Below, piece after piece: positions 48,086 through 63,397 of a stretch of 64,000 nucleotides of DNA. Source of the stretch: Octopus vulgaris (taxonomy: Eukaryota). Under the pieces are notes generated by a model that was not told where the DNA came from, did not search any database, and was given only the letters and a program-made list of their open reading frames with translations. A program made the position numbers and the translations under genes. Location: contig OX597822.1 of NCBI GenBank assembly GCA_951406725.2, forward strand, positions 92,752,001 to 92,816,000, written 5' to 3'. The stretch's first letter is position 1. Every line of letters starts with the position of its first letter.

Positions 48086-50798
48086 TACATACATACATAC
48101 TTGTAAGCATGCATATACATCCCCGTGTATAAATACTTATATATCCCCCATGTATGTTTAAAATATATACACATGAGTGTACTTACACACATGGACACAC
48201 ACATGCATCTATGCTCATACACATGTACATCCATGTACACACCCTAGAAATATACATACAAGCACACACACACACACACGCATGCACTTTCACTTTTACA
48301 CGCCACACTATTCTATCGTCAATGACACAAGCGAAAGAAAAAAGTAACAAGAAAAACAATAAACAAACAAACAAACAAATAAACAAAAGCCTAGCTAATT
48401 AAGTACGGAATATAAAAAAAATCAATCAGAACCAAAATAATTACAAAACATTTTAAAACCTATCAGTGACTCATTATAATACTCTCTCATTTTTTCTGGC
48501 TAGTTACCACCGTCCGTTTATTTATAGGTACGTACATTACTTTTACTCTTGTTGGCCCCGCAGGGGTACTTTCTATAGAGGTCTCGCTGAGTCTATCTTC
48601 CCTCCCTGCTTACCATCTATCTCCCTTGTTGTGCCTTTCTACAAATGATGCTGAATCTGGTTGAAAACTTTGTTGCTTTGAACTCCATCTCCATAACATA
48701 TATATATATATATATATGTGGTGTCCTGTACTCATATATGCATGTATATATACATATAGATGTAGGTATGTACATGTATGTATGCATATGTTTTATTTAT
48801 TGAATTGTTATTATATGTATATATATACATATATTACTTCATGTATGTAACTTTTAAAGAGCATCCCTCCCCCACGGCTCTCCATATTTGTGTGTGTGTG
48901 TATGATCATCATTTAACGTCCGTTTTCCATGCTGGCATGGGTTGGACAGTTTGACAGGAGGTGACAAGGCCAGAGGGCTGCACCAGGCTTCAGTCATCTG
49001 CTTTGGAATAGTTTCTACAGCTGGATGTCTTTCCTAATGCCCACCACTTTACAGAGTGTACTGGATACTTTATACGTGGCACCAGCACAGATGCAATCAC
49101 ATGTACTTTTGTGTGACACTGGCATGAGCACTTCTGTGTCGTGCTGGTTATACACATACATGCATGCACTAACAAACACATATCTACATGTATCTATTTT
49201 ATCTGTCTATCTAAACACACACGCATGACTGGCTCCGTCTAGTTTCTGTCTAACCGAAACCAAGACAAGCCTGTTCTCTCCTCCATGCTGTTGTCTGCTG
49301 TTGCAGTGTTACCATTAGCTTTGCTCACTCTACCTTTTGAAACCTGGCCTCTTCGCTTTGTTCACCTTTGGGCATAAAGGCAAAACAGCTGATGGTCATC
49401 GTCACTATTCAACATCTGTTTTTCCATGCTGGCATGGGTTGCACATTCAACAGGGGCTGGTGAGCTAGAGGTCTGCACCAAACTCCAATATCTGCTTTGG
49501 TGTAGTTTCTACAGCTAGATGCCCTTCCTAATGCCAACCACTTTACAGAGTGTGGACTACGTGGATTTTAGATGGCACCAGCACCAGAGAGGTCACCAAA
49601 TAACTTACAAGACAAGACCCTTCAACTTTTGGGTGAGGGTTATTATTAAGGGAGCTGGCTTTGCGCCTGATGATGAGAGGGTAGCTCAAAAAATGAATTT
49701 TATTTTCTATGATGTACCGGTGGTATATTTGGATGTGAAGCCATATCTGTCCTTGTACAGTGGTGCATTGGTTGGAAGCTGAATCAATTTATGGCACAAT
49801 TCTGAATCTCTTGTACCAGTGATATCCTTGTCCTAAGTTGAATTAGCTAACCATTTGACTCCGTCCCCACCCACCATTTTGCCACTTCTCAAGTTAGTTC
49901 TCTTCATGTCAGCTGACCACACGGCTATGGCTATCTTTCCTTGCCTCTTCAATTACAATATTGACCTGCCATCTGGTCAAGAGAAATCATTAACTATAGA
50001 TTTGTCTCCTCATTAGTAGTTTCTTTCCTCTCCCCTCCCCTCCCCTCCCTCAGCATCTCCTTGCCTTTCTTCTTCACCCTCTCCTCGTTGTTCTCTCTTC
50101 TCCCACTTGCTCTCAATGTGAAGCCTCTGTTACAAACTTGCTTAACTACCTACCTATGTTGTAATAATCACTCCAGCTGTAATTACCAAGATGAACCAAG
50201 CTGAACAGGAAGCTTTCACGTGACATGCTAGAAATAGCAGCCACATCTCACTTGAGTAACACCTTGTTGTTTTAAAGGACACTGACTGATGTAGCCCTGA
50301 GTTTTTTTCTACATCAGTAAAAGGCAGGATGGTCGCAGCTGGAGTACCTGTGATCATTGATTAATATGATCACAGCAGACCTGGGGCTGTACAATAACTT
50401 ATTGACAATATCTAATTTTATTATTATTGTTTTTGCTATTGTATTTTTTAGTTTTTACCATTTGTCTTTCATTGTGTGTGTGTGTATGTGTATGTGTGTG
50501 TGTGAGAGAGAGAGAGAGAGACAGAGAGAAAAATGTGTGTGTGAGTGTATTTTTGTGTTTGTGTATGTTTGTACTGACACCTGTTACGAACACCACTACC
50601 ATCACCACCACAACCATTGCCACCATCATCACACTGTCACTTACGGCTAACAGTTATCACCACCACCTCCTGTACTACCACCACCACCACCACCACCACC
50701 ATCATCATTGCTATCATCTTTGCCCATCTCTCCTGTTTAATTTTATTTTGGTGAATGCTTAGTAGATCATATATAGAACACGTCCAGGTGTTTGTCTA

Positions 50799-50835
<37 letters not shown>

Positions 50836-50963
50836 GTATAGCTGTTACATAAAATGTGTTATTGTGTCAATGTATCGATGTAAGTCTGTACTGAGTATGC
50901 GTGGATGTTTGAAGATAAATGTGTGTGTGTGTGTGTTTCTAATAAAAATTAAGTCTTCCATGT

Positions 50964-50997
<34 letters not shown>

Positions 50998-52770
50998 ATG
51001 TAGATATATTAATCAATGAAATGATTAGGTGGTGGTGGTGGCTGTGGGTGAGAGCGTTAAAGCCTAGTTTGTCCAGAAGAACACAAACACACACACACAC
51101 CCACACATTATATAGTTGTCATCCAGTGCTGCTGTTAGACCTCAACCTTGTTAAAGTGAAGGGGTCGGTCTATTGTGATTGTGGTTGCCGTATCCTTGAC
51201 ACTCTGTGCACTGCTGTTGCTCCTTGTCATATGTGAGTTTAAATGCTGTTGGCCCTTTTAACAATGCTTCATCTGTTTCTATTTTATTCTACATTTTTAA
51301 AAAAGAAAGTTTTGTTGTTGTCCCATGGCCTTAGGTTTGTTCTTGACCAAGCAGGCCGATGAAAAAAAAGAAAAAAAGGCATTAATTACAATCTTGGCTA
51401 TGTTAGGTTTGTTATTTTAGAAGCATAGTGAATTTAGGACCACATTACGCTGTGTGAATTACTTGTTTTTTTTTGTTTTTTGAAGATAGTTGAAGATGGT
51501 AGGATGTGTTTAAGAGAAAGAGATTTTGCTGCTATTTCTAGCTTATCAAGTGAGCAAATAGTCTCTCTTGGTTTGTAAAAGTTAAGCCCTGATGAGAAAT
51601 GAAATTGTAGTCAACTTAATATTATCACTGCTGTTGCCACCACCACTACCACCACCATCTTCTCCTCCTTTGCCTTTCATCCTTCCGGGATCGATTAAAT
51701 AAGTACCAGTAACGCACTGGGGTCGATGTGATCGACTTAATCCCTTTGTCTGTCCTTGTTTGTCTACTCTATGTTTAGCACCTTGTGGGCAATAAAGAAA
51801 TATATCCACCCCACCTTCTTTCCCATCTCTTACTCTCCCATACACTTCTGCAGCTTCTACCCTTCCACATTCTCAGCTCCTCTGGTTCCTCTCACCTCTA
51901 CTCACCTTGTTCCTTGAGGTTCCATCCTGACACCTCATCACTGCTGTTTCTATCTCTTCCCAGCTCCACCCCAGCAGTCCTCACCCTGTCTTCTCAAATG
52001 TGAGTTGCCATGTAGCTCCTCTATAGCAGGGAATCTGTCCTGTTCTGGCCCCTTCCCTCATATATTAACCCAGGGATTCTCAACTTGGTTCCATATGACC
52101 CTTGGACAATAGATTGTTTTTTTACATAAAATGTTAAAATTTTTTTTTATGCAATTCCTAATAATATTTGATAACAAAAATATAAAAGGACTTTTTTTTT
52201 TTAAACATCAAATACTTATGAAGGTCCATCTGAGTAAAAAAAAAATCAAAGGAGTCCTCTGGAAAAAAATGGTTGAGAATGACTTCTTCAACTGCTCCTC
52301 TCTTGGTATAAAGCCATCTCTCTTGGGGGTTTGTAGTTTTGCAAGCTGCATAGTGGCCTTACTATTTCTGGTGCCATGGAAAAATACACTCAGTACAAAC
52401 TGTAAGTTGGTTGGCTTTAGAAAGGACATCCAGATGTAGAAACCATGCCAAAATAGACACTGGAGTACGATGCAGTCCTTGGATCTGCTGGACTTTGGGA
52501 AAACATCAAAATCATTCTTGTATAGAATGTGAATGTTAGATGATGATGATGTGTAAGTGTGTATGTATATGTACTTGTGTGTGTCTGTGTGTGTCCCTGT
52601 ATGTATATATGTATATTTTCTGTGAAAAACATGTCAAAATATGGGGAAAATATTACCTTGCTTGGTAACAGGCAAAGGTTAGTAGCAGGAAGGGCATCCA
52701 ACAGCAGAAAATTACTTCTACAAATTTTGTCTGACCCATGCAATTATGAAAAAGTGGACGTTAAATGACG

Positions 52771-52806
<36 letters not shown>

Positions 52807-54179
52807 TTATCTGTGTGTGTATTTATCTGTGTGTGTATTTATCTGTGTCTTTATTTCATGGGTGTGTGTGTTTTATGTCAGACCCATGTTTTTTTTAATG
52901 CATGTATCGGAGGACACATTCCTATGAAGATATAATAACGATGCTTTACAACAAACATGTATTGAGTACATTAACACTTCCCCCTACCGCTCCACCCCTA
53001 TTACACAGACACACAGATGTATCAGTGTACTTTGTGCTGGATACATGAATAATGATTAATAAATGTGGCCAACTTATGAGAAAGAAATAAGCTTCTTACA
53101 GATGTATTTATATACATTAGCGTCAAGGCTAGACTGGCTTTCTCATTATTCTACAACATTTATTAATCACGTATATATGTGTACATATGTGTACGTGACC
53201 ATCATCATCGTTTAACGTTTGCTTTCTATGCTGGCATGGGTTGGATGGTTTGACTGAGGACTGGCAGGCCAGGAGTCTGCACCAGGCTCCAATCTGATCC
53301 GGTAAAGTTTCTACAGCTGGATACCCTTCTCCTAACGCCAACCACTCTGAGAGTGTAGTGGGTGCTTTTATGTGCCACCGGCACAAGGGGCCAGTCAGGC
53401 AGCACTGGCATTGACCACATTTGAATGGTGCTATTTATGTAGCACTGGCACAGGGGCCAGCTGGTGGGGGGGGGGAGACTGGCATTGACCACATTCGGAT
53501 GGTGCTTTTTATGTGCCACCAGTCAGGTGGAAATAGCATCGCCACATTTGCATGGTGTCTTTTACGTGCCACCGGTGGGCGCATGAGCCAGTCAGGCAGC
53601 ACTGGCATTGACCATGCGACACATGTATTGTAGAAGTTTATTGCATGTAATTTTTAACAAGAAAATTTTATACGGACTCTCAAGGGTCATGTGAACCGTC
53701 ACCCCCTGTGATGGACCATTCTTCCAATCAGGGGAAATGTTGGCCTGCTCAGCTAGACAGTGGGGTGGCATCATTTGAAAGCTAAAAAATGTTGCAAAGT
53801 GCATTGTGACCAGCGATGTATAACGACATTTGATCGTTTGGTCAATCACATGGTATATACACTCATCCACGTCTATATATGCATGTGTCTTGTTCACAGG
53901 AGAAAACAACATGGGCTAACAGCTGAAAGATTGCAATCCTGTTAAGTCTTGTGCACGTGTGTGTCACTTTATGTCTGCTTTCAATGCCATCCATGTTTTG
54001 GATGGATCATCATGAGCTGAGTCAGTTGAGTTGTTAAGGCCTTCCTAGGTGGGAGGGAAATGTATGCTTTTAGTGTGGGGCAAAATAAACTGGACATACA
54101 CTTTAGCATCTGTCTTGTTATGCTTTACTGAAGGGTTTCACACCAACAGATGTTGTGAGCTCCAGTTGAAGGCCGAAGA

Positions 54180-54630
54180 AGGGAACACACACGCATGCAT
54201 ATGGCACACACATGCACATGGCACACACATGCACATGGCACACACACGCACATGCACGTACATGGCACACATGGACATACACAGATGCACATAATGTGAC
54301 ACATGACGCATGCATGCAATGTGACACACACATGACGCATGCACACACACACACATGACCCATGTATACACACATAATGTGACACACACAACGTACACAC
54401 AATGTGACACACAATGTAACACATACACGATGCACACACACACACACACACACACAATGTAACATACATTACACACTCACACAATGTGACACACATGACA
54501 CACAACTCACACACACGTAATGTGACACATGCGACTCAAATACACAATGTGACACACACATACATGACACATACACATATACACAAGGCTCTCTTTCATA
54601 TACACACACACACACACACATGTGACACAG
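54180..54630. repeat. Degenerate CA-rich minisatellite with aatgtgacacac / catgcac units
   Basis: Directly visible. Confidence 0.8.
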
Positions 54631-55057
54631 CTTTGTTTAATGCTGTCCTTCACATAGCAGTAATCATAAGAGGATGATGATGACGACAGGCTGTCTGTCT
54701 ACATTGGTAATGACTATCCATATGAAAGGCTACATTTTGTAAAAGAAGACCATCGTCATCATTTTGTCATCATCCACGATAATAAGAAATTGTTTTATTT
54801 TTAATGAGTGTGTGTGTACAGGTGTGTGTTGCAATTATTACATTTAGGACCTAATTAATCCCTTTTGATACCATCTTACCTGAGACTGCTCATGGTTTTC
54901 TCATACACACTTCTTGTTTTAATGTCATCCAAATTTAAATTGCTTATTAAAATTTCATATTAGTTAATTTTCTAAACATCATCTTAATGATAATAGAAAA
55001 GTTCTTTATTATTTTAAAAATTAATTGAAACTCAGACAGTGGATTTCAACAGAAATA

Positions 55058-55470
55058 TGGTGTAGGTGTGTGGCTGCGTGGTAAGAAGTTTGCTTTCTGT
55101 CTGCATGGTTCCAAGTTCAGTCCCACTGCATGGCACCTTGGGCAAGTGTCTTCTACTTGGTCCAACCAGAGCTTTGAGGGTCGATTAGCAAACAGAAACT
55201 GAAAGAAGCCTGTCATGTATATATATCTTTGTGTGCCTGCCTGCCTGTCTGTCTGTCTGTCTCCCACCACAGCTTGACAGTTAGTGCTGGTGTGTTTACA
55301 TCCCCATAACTTAGCAGTTCGGCAAAAGAGCCTGATAGACTAAGTACCAAGCTTAAAAATGACAAAATAAGCCCTAGGGTCGATTTGTTAGACTAAAATT
55401 CTTGAAGGTGGTGCCCCAGCATGGCCACAGTCTACAAAACTGAAACAAGTAAAAAAAATAAAAGATAAGA
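55058..55470 (+). mobile_element. SINE family 1
   Basis: Matches the family consensus from head to tail. Confidence 0.75.
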
Positions 55471-56895
55471 ATAAAGGTTAGATGTATCAGAAATGCAACA
55501 AAAATGCACACTACCAAGTTGATCCTCATCTTTGCTGTTATCATCATCCTCCTCATCATCATTGCCAAGCACATACCTCACATATTTTCAACTGTGTTTC
55601 TTTTTTTATACCATCATCATCATCAGCTGTATTATCACAGCTATGTTTTTTTTTGTTTTAGCTTTTGTTTATTTGTTTCTTGTGCGAAAGGCAGAGTTTT
55701 GTATATAGATCCTCTCTTTTTCTTTCTCTGTTGTGTCCCTCATATATGGAGTGGTTGCTGGTGGTGGTTATGACAAGAAAGAGTTGATGCTTGTGGTGGT
55801 GGTGGTGGTGGTGGAAGTAATAGGGTGAGATGTTGAGCTTGTTGACTTCTCTATCACATACAGTCGGAACCAAAGTCCATTCTTTCGCTCTCAATCTTAT
55901 CCTTACATGCCACTGCATGCTTGAAAGTCTGTGTGTCTCTCTTGTCTGCTGCTTTCACTATCTCACAATGGAATTAAGAAATGTTGTTATCATTTGGTTG
56001 GTTGGTGGTCATTCAAGTGTGGTCATTGCCAGTGCCACCTGACTGGCTCCTGTGCCAGTGACACATAAAAAGCACCATTTGAGCATGTTTGTTGACAGTG
56101 TCGCCTGACTGGTTCCTGTGCCGCCTGATTGTCTCCCATGCCAGTGGCACTTAAAAAGCACCATTCAAGCATGGTTGTTGCTAGTGCCACCTGTCTGGCC
56201 CTTGTGCCAGTGACACATAAAAAGTACCCACTACCCTCTCGGAGTGGTTGGCATTAGGAAGGGCATCCAGCTGTAGAAATTTTGCCAGATTGGAGCCTGG
56301 TGCAGCCTTCTGGCTTTCCAGCCCTCAAACTGTCCAACCCATATCAGCATGGAAAGTAGACATTAAACAATGATGATGATGACACAGAACCCTTTCCAAC
56401 AAACATGTAGCCTTCATTCACTGAATGCCTCCAGCAGATTGTTTGGCCATCTTGGCAGTGTCCTTCTTAAAAAGGGCCATTCGTCTGGTTCTCCATTACG
56501 CTGATGTTTACCACAACTGTAAACTCTTCAGCATTTAAATCACTCAGTCAAATGCAATGCCTATTTATTCACACAGTTTTGAATTAATCATGCATTATCT
56601 CAGTGGTTTGAGATTTCAATGATGTGATTGTTTATTTTTAGGATGATACTGTAGGGTAAGTGTGAGAGGCCAGATCTAGCTAGTTCGAACATAAAACAGC
56701 TAGAATATTAGGACTGGATATCTCTAGTTTAAATGCTAAAAGGCTAACCAGTGATTCTCATCTGGGATCTCCAGTGACCCTCGGGGGTCCGTAGATTTTT
56801 TTTGGGTAAATATATGCAAAATAAATTAGTTATTCTTATACAATACACAAAATATGTTAATATTCATTTTTATATGTTAACCCAATAATGTTTAA

Positions 56896-57353
56896 CCCTT
56901 TTGTTATCACATTCCTGTTGAAATGCTCTGTGTTTCTTTCAATTGATTGTAAATATAACAGGAATTTAGTGAAATAACTTAGTTATCATTAAGCTAGTGT
57001 TAGGAACATAAATTGTGACTAAGGTTTGGTGGAAGATTTTAATTCAGAACTTTTGAAAACAAGACATTTGTACTACAGAGCCAGAGGTGGTTTCAGCTGG
57101 GTTGGTATCAAAAGGGTTAAATTAATCATTTGTTAACCCTTTTATTACCATATTTCTGTTGAAATGCTCTGTGTTTCTTTCAATTGATTTTAAATATAAC
57201 AAAGAAATTAGTAAATTAAGTTATCATTAAGTTAGTGTTAGGAACATAAATTGTGACTAAGGTTTGGTGGAAAATTTTAATTCAGAACTTATGAAAACTA
57301 GACATTTGTTCTCCATAACCAGAGGTGGTTTCAGCCGGGTTGGTATCAAAGGG
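56896..57353. mobile_element. Two tandem intact TTAA MITEs of family P2 (56896-57116, 57137-57353)
   Basis: Each bounded by ttaa|cccttt ... aaaggg|ttaa; near-identical interiors. Confidence 0.85.
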
Positions 57354-58364
57354 TTAATGATAACAATATAATAGGATTTTTTAAAAATATGCAATGGCTA
57401 TGAGGGGCCATCATAATATAGGAATCAAAGGGTTCCATAGGCAAAAAATGGTCGTAAACCACTGGGTCGAACCACAGGCCAACCAAATTTCCACGTGTCC
57501 CATGTTGATCAGTTTGTGGTTGGTTGTTGCTGGTTGATGTGATAATATGCCAACTGAGAGAGAGAGAGAGATAACAAACCTTGTTCACTGGAAGAGATAA
57601 CACACCTTGAAGATACCATGTTGAAACTGATACACACCTTATTTAAATACCTTGTTGATAATGCAAGCCATTCAGGAAACCTCTGTATGGTTGTTTGATT
57701 GATTAGAAATAGCAGCAAAAATTCCCTCAAATCACATCCCATTGTCCTAGAAAAGATGACCGCATTATATAAATGTGGTCTTGGCTGTACTGAGCCAAGG
57801 CAAAAAGTTGGCAGTTTCATGAACGTAAGATCTATCATCAAAAGTTGGCATGATCAGAACTTACCTGGGGTTAAACTACAGCAACAACTGGTTTGTAAAT
57901 ATGGTAATCCTGTGCCAGACAGTTCAAAATCCTTTAACTTATTCATTGCTAACATAATGTTGTCCTACCATTGGTATTTTCTGTGGTCCCTCTTCAGACA
58001 TTCACTGGAATTGTTAGCATTAATTTGTTTTAGGGTCCATATCACTATGGCAAACATTTACTATCTTCCTTTTCAAATTCTTCAGTTTGTCTGGTAATTC
58101 TTCATCGCTTTTCTCCAAAATACACCATTAGTATGATATTTCTGCACCATTCCTTCCAAAGTCGGTTGGCACCTCTATATCTGTCTGTCTGTCTCTCTCC
58201 ATCTAAGGCAGTCTGTCTGTCTCGCTCTGTTTAACTTCTAATTCTCTTATCCTTCATCTCTCCTGTTTTGGAAACATCTGCTCCCAGTTCTGTATTCCTT
58301 CTTCCTCTGAAAGCATCAAGCCAACAGTTATCTCTTTCTCTTTTCTTTCCTTTTTTTTTGTTTG

Positions 58365-58480
58365 AGAGTCACATGGTTGAGAGGCGGGACCAATGGGAGT
58401 CTAGTAGAGAATAGTGTAAATTCGGAGGAGGAACGAGATAGAGATTGGAGCGGAGGTGGGGTGGGTGGGGGGTGGCAGAA
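58365..58480. promoter_or_regulatory. Possible intronic promoter-like motif cluster (E-box, GC box, two CCAAT boxes)
   Basis: gtCACATGg at 58368, GAGGCGGGAC-CAAT at 58381-58394, ATTGG at 58444, then a G-rich run, in non-repetitive sequence. Confidence 0.3.
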
Positions 58481-61331
58481 GTGTTGATAATAATTATCTC
58501 TGTTTGAAAACTGATTTCTATTTAGATTCTCGTTTAATAGGTTCAGAGTACATTTTAAAAATAACAAAAAGAATATAAAAAGATTGTTGCATAAAGACAG
58601 GAAAACATCCATGAATAAATGCCACCACCCACATACATGCATGATGCAAGCACTGGCTTTTGAGGGTAGTGGTGGTGGTAGAAATAGTAATGCAGTCTGA
58701 TTTAGACTCAAAGCCAAGAATTTTGTGAATAAGATCGGTCCACTACATTGCCCCCAGTATTTGACTGGTATTGTATATTATCAATTCCATTGAATGGAAG
58801 ACAAAGTTGAGTTTGGTGGGATTTGAACTCAGAGTGTAGAGAGCCTGAACAAATACCACAGAGCATTGTTTTTTTTTTTGCCAATTCCTTAACAATTGCT
58901 GTCTTTGATGGTAGAGAAAGAATTGTTTCAAATTTTAACCCAAGGCCAGCAATTTTAGCAGGTGGGTGTTAGTCAATTACTGTGACCTTAGTACTTGAAT
59001 GGTACTTTATTTCATCCACCCTGAAAGGAGGAAAGGTCAAGCTGACCTTGGTGAGAGGCGGAGGGGTCAGTATGCCTCTAAGCATTTTGTCCACTGTGCT
59101 AATGATTCTGCTGGCACACTGCCTTCTTGATGGTAGACATAATAGAAATAATAATAATAATCCTTTCTAAATTTTGGTGGAGGGGACTAGTCGATTACAT
59201 CAACCCCAGTTTTCAACTGGTACTTAATTTATCGACCCTGAAAGGTTGAAAGGCAAAGTTGACCTGAGTGGAATTTGAACTCAGAATGTAGTGGCAGACA
59301 AAATACCGCCAAGCATTTCGTCCAGCATGCTAATGATTCTGCCAGCTCACAACATTGATAATAATAATAATAATGATCCTTTCTGCTGTAGGCACAAGGC
59401 CTGAAATTTGTGTGAGTGTATGTTGGGTTGGGGGTGACCAGTTGATCGCATCAACCCCAGTGTTCAGCTGGTACATACTTTATTGATCCTGAAAGGATGA
59501 AAGGCAGAGTCAACCTTGACAGAATTTGATGGATAAAATGCTGCTAAGCATTTTGTTCAGCTGATAGTTCTGCCAGCTTGTGGCCTTAATAATGGCAGCA
59601 GCAGTAACAACAACAATAATAATCGTAATAATAAAAATGAGATGAAGCCGTGACATATTTGTATTTGATATGGAATGTATGCGCACACCAGTGTAGCATT
59701 AGCAGTAGGGGCATTCTGCCCTGGGTGGCACTTTTGGGTCTGCTGTAGGCAATATGTGTTTTTTGTGGGGTTTGGTGGGTGGCAAATCGAAAAGCCACCC
59801 CGGGTGGCACACACTCTAGCTACGCTAGTGTATGAGCCAGATGTGATCCTAAGATCTGTCTCGAAGTTCTGTCATTCTGTACAAGAACCAACTTTGAACC
59901 CCAACAACCCATCAAACCCATGCAGAGCAGATACCGACAATTATTCAGTTTCTACAATTGATAAGTGATAGGGATCATGGCATTTCTCTGTTTTAGGGTT
60001 CAGTTTTTGAGGGGAGGAGACATTGCCCTCCTCCCCATACTTGACTGGTACTTCATTTTATTGACCCTGAAGAAATGAAAGGTAAAGTTGACTGAGGCTG
60101 GAGTTTGTCTGGCATGGTGACAATTCTGCCAAATTGCTGCCTTGTTTGTGTTTGTGTGTGTATGTATGTACTTCAGAAGACATGGCCATCACAACAGAAT
60201 TGAGATTCTAAAATGACGGTTCCACTTAAAAAGCATTGGTGTTGGTGATGATGCTACTTAAAAAGCACCCAGGACATTCTGGGGGAGTGGTTGGCATTAG
60301 GAAGGGCATCCAGCCATAGAGACAGACTATGGAACCTGGTGTGGCCCCTGGCTTTGCCAGTTCCTGTTGTGCCATTCAGCCCATGCATGGAAAATGGACA
60401 TCAATTGTCAATAATGATGATGATGATATATATATGTGTATGTGTCTGTGACCATTATTTAAGCAGTTTCCTTTGTTTCGAATTTTACCTTATTTGGGAA
60501 TAGGTGAGGGTTGGTGACAAGAAGAGCTTCCAGCCATAGAAAACCTCCTTCTGCAAATTCCGTCCGACCCATGCAAGCATGGGAAAGTGGATGTTAAACA
60601 GTGATGTGTATTTAATTGTTAAACCAAAATATGTAAGTTTGTATGTGTGCGAATTTAAGTATGCATTTGCATGTCCATATGAATAGATTTTTCTCTCCTA
60701 ATTTACAGTCTCTTCTTCATTCGACCCATGAATACATCCAGTAGTTTGTTTGACTGCTTATTCATTGTATTCAGTGTGTAGGTCACAGTTGTATTGTGCC
60801 CACAGTCCATGTGAGCTGTTCTGTTAGAATCTCATTCTTTTGTTAGTCTCTCGTCATAATTAACGCTATTTTCATTATTCAAACAATCCAACAAACACAG
60901 ATAAACAAAGGAAGCAATAATTTTTTTATTGCTGCGGAAATAAAGAAATGGTATGTCAGGAATGGTGAAGTGCCAGACAAAATACCATAATTATCTTCAG
61001 CACCATTTTAGACATCTGCTTTCTCTTCAGTTGGTTCTTATCACTTCATACCAGTAAAATACTGGGGGATTGATTGATGTGGTTTTGTACCTTCTCCTAA
61101 ATGGACTTTGGAATCACTATGTGTCTGCAGAGGTGTTCCAAAGTCCCTTTAGGAAAGTGCCTTCTCCCAGTTCTTATTGGCAGCCTACAGCTATCCCTAA
61201 TTTCCTCATCAAGTAATATTTAAGAAAAGGACATGGACCGAGATAAAAAGCTCTGTCCTTGACATATTAGACATGGTTGGTAGCTGGACCTGTCCTTCAT
61301 GTGGTAATCGCTGTTAGACGTAAACCCTTAA

Positions 61332-61566
61332 CCCTTTTCTTACCATATTTCTGTTGACATATGTTGCTTTTGTTTCAATAAATTTTAAAAATAATAAAAA
61401 ATTTGAAAAACAACTTTCCCATTATTAAGCTGGGGTTTGGAATAAATTAGCATAAAATTTTGATGGAAGATTATAATTTAGATAATAATTATAATTTAGA
61501 CCACTTTATAACAGTAAGTTTGTCATAGAACCTGGGGTAGCCTCAGGTGGGTTGGTATCAATAGGG
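61332..61566. mobile_element. TTAA MITE related to P2
   Basis: ttaa|cccttt ... ataggg|ttaa; interior is a diverged version of P2. Confidence 0.7.
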
Positions 61567-63289
61567 TTAAATCAGCAACATGCAGATGCAAGGTGTGTGT
61601 GTGAGAGAGAGTGAGAGAGAGAGAGATGGTTTCATCATCCTGTGCACAGGTACTGGTTACTCTGTTATGACCATTCGTGTACAGCATATCTTAAATAACC
61701 AAAGCCCGTCATCTGTAACCCTGATAGACCAGGGACTTTTGGAAAATGTCCATAATCCCCAATGTGAAATTTTTTTTTAAGTGACTACTTAGATTGTTGT
61801 AATTGTTCCCCAGAATCATTTCCAGATCACTATTGCTTATACCTTCCATGTACCCTCTTTCAAATGTGAGGGTTGACAGAAGGCAGTGAGTATCTGGCAC
61901 CATTCTGAATGCAAAGACCTCGCTTGCAAATCAGTCAAAGAAATGACCTATTATCAGACCTGTCCTGCAAACAGTGACCACATCTATTCACCATTGTCAT
62001 TGTCCAGGAGTCTCTAGAGATGTGCCAGTCACAACGTATTGCCTTGTGTTTCATCAGCCACACCATCCTGAGACCTCACTGTTGTGGGCATTGGGAGCAG
62101 GTTGACCCCGCCAGGCCTGCAGAACCTACTCCTTTTACAAGAAGTAAAAGGCCATACACTCCAATCAGGTTAGATGTTTCCTGGGACAGGTTATGAGAAA
62201 GAGGCAAAGCTCTGTGGACATGTGTTACTTGTGCCCAACTTTCTTGAGACAGCTTCCCCTCAGCCCATTTCTAAGAAATGAAATTGGTTATTCTTCTTAT
62301 GACCACTTCTCAGTCTTTATCAACCAAGAGGAAAGAACATCACAGTTGACCCTCAGGTGTAAGTTGAGCCAGGAGAGTAAAGGGTCATGATTAGAAGTGT
62401 CATAAGAAAGAATCTCAAGATGGACTCTTCAAGCCAAGTCAACTGGTGGGAAGACCTAGGGGTTGACCAAGAATGAAATGCTTGGATAATATCCGTAATC
62501 TCAACTGATCATGCTTTGGAATTCAGTAGGAAAGCATAATGATGGTTCCTTATGGTAAGACCCCATGGAAGAGGTGAATGAGGACTCTACCCTCTCCACC
62601 CCAGGAATTGTTGGCAGGGAAAATGGATGGATGGGGGGGGGGTCAAGGGACATAGTTATTATATGTTGTTTCCAAGTATTTAGAGCAGCACTTTATTGTT
62701 TCTGCCACTGTACTTCCTTTTAGGTAGTAGTAATAATAATAATAATAATAATAAAGAAGATGATGATGAAATTAATAATGATATGGTTTATTTGGCACAA
62801 AGCCTATAAAATGTTAAAGAGGAATGCACCGATTAATCTGGCCGAGAGTGTGATTTTGGCAAGAGAGAGTGTACATGTACCTACACACACATGCACACAC
62901 ACTAATCTGTATGTACATACATTCATATGTGCACTACTTGTGCATGTGTAAATGCACATCAGGGTGTGCATAGTGCATAATATTTATGGACACGTGCAAG
63001 TATACATACATGCATGCATGTTCGCATATACACAGATTTGTTTATGAAAATCTTTCAACATTACATACATACATACATACATACATATGTGTGTGTGTGC
63101 ATGTGTGTGTATGTGTGCGTGTGAAATATCTCATTACACTTCCGCTAATAGCTTTTCCTTAATTAGCTTACAAGCAATGATACAAAGAATAACATGAACC
63201 AACATAGAGAAAGGAGGAAAAAAAAAAGAGAGAGACTGGGAGACTAGAAGCATGCATTGATTAATAAAGTACTGTTACCTTCTTGCTGT

Positions 63290-63299
63290 TACTACCATC

Positions 63300-63397
<98 letters not shown>
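63290..63397. repeat. (ACT)n/(ACC)n microsatellite
   Basis: Directly visible. Confidence 0.95.

Noticed and set aside
60690-60745. Acceptor-like tttctctcctaatttacag
   Set aside because: The phase-0 frame stops after 11 codons and no donor is evident.
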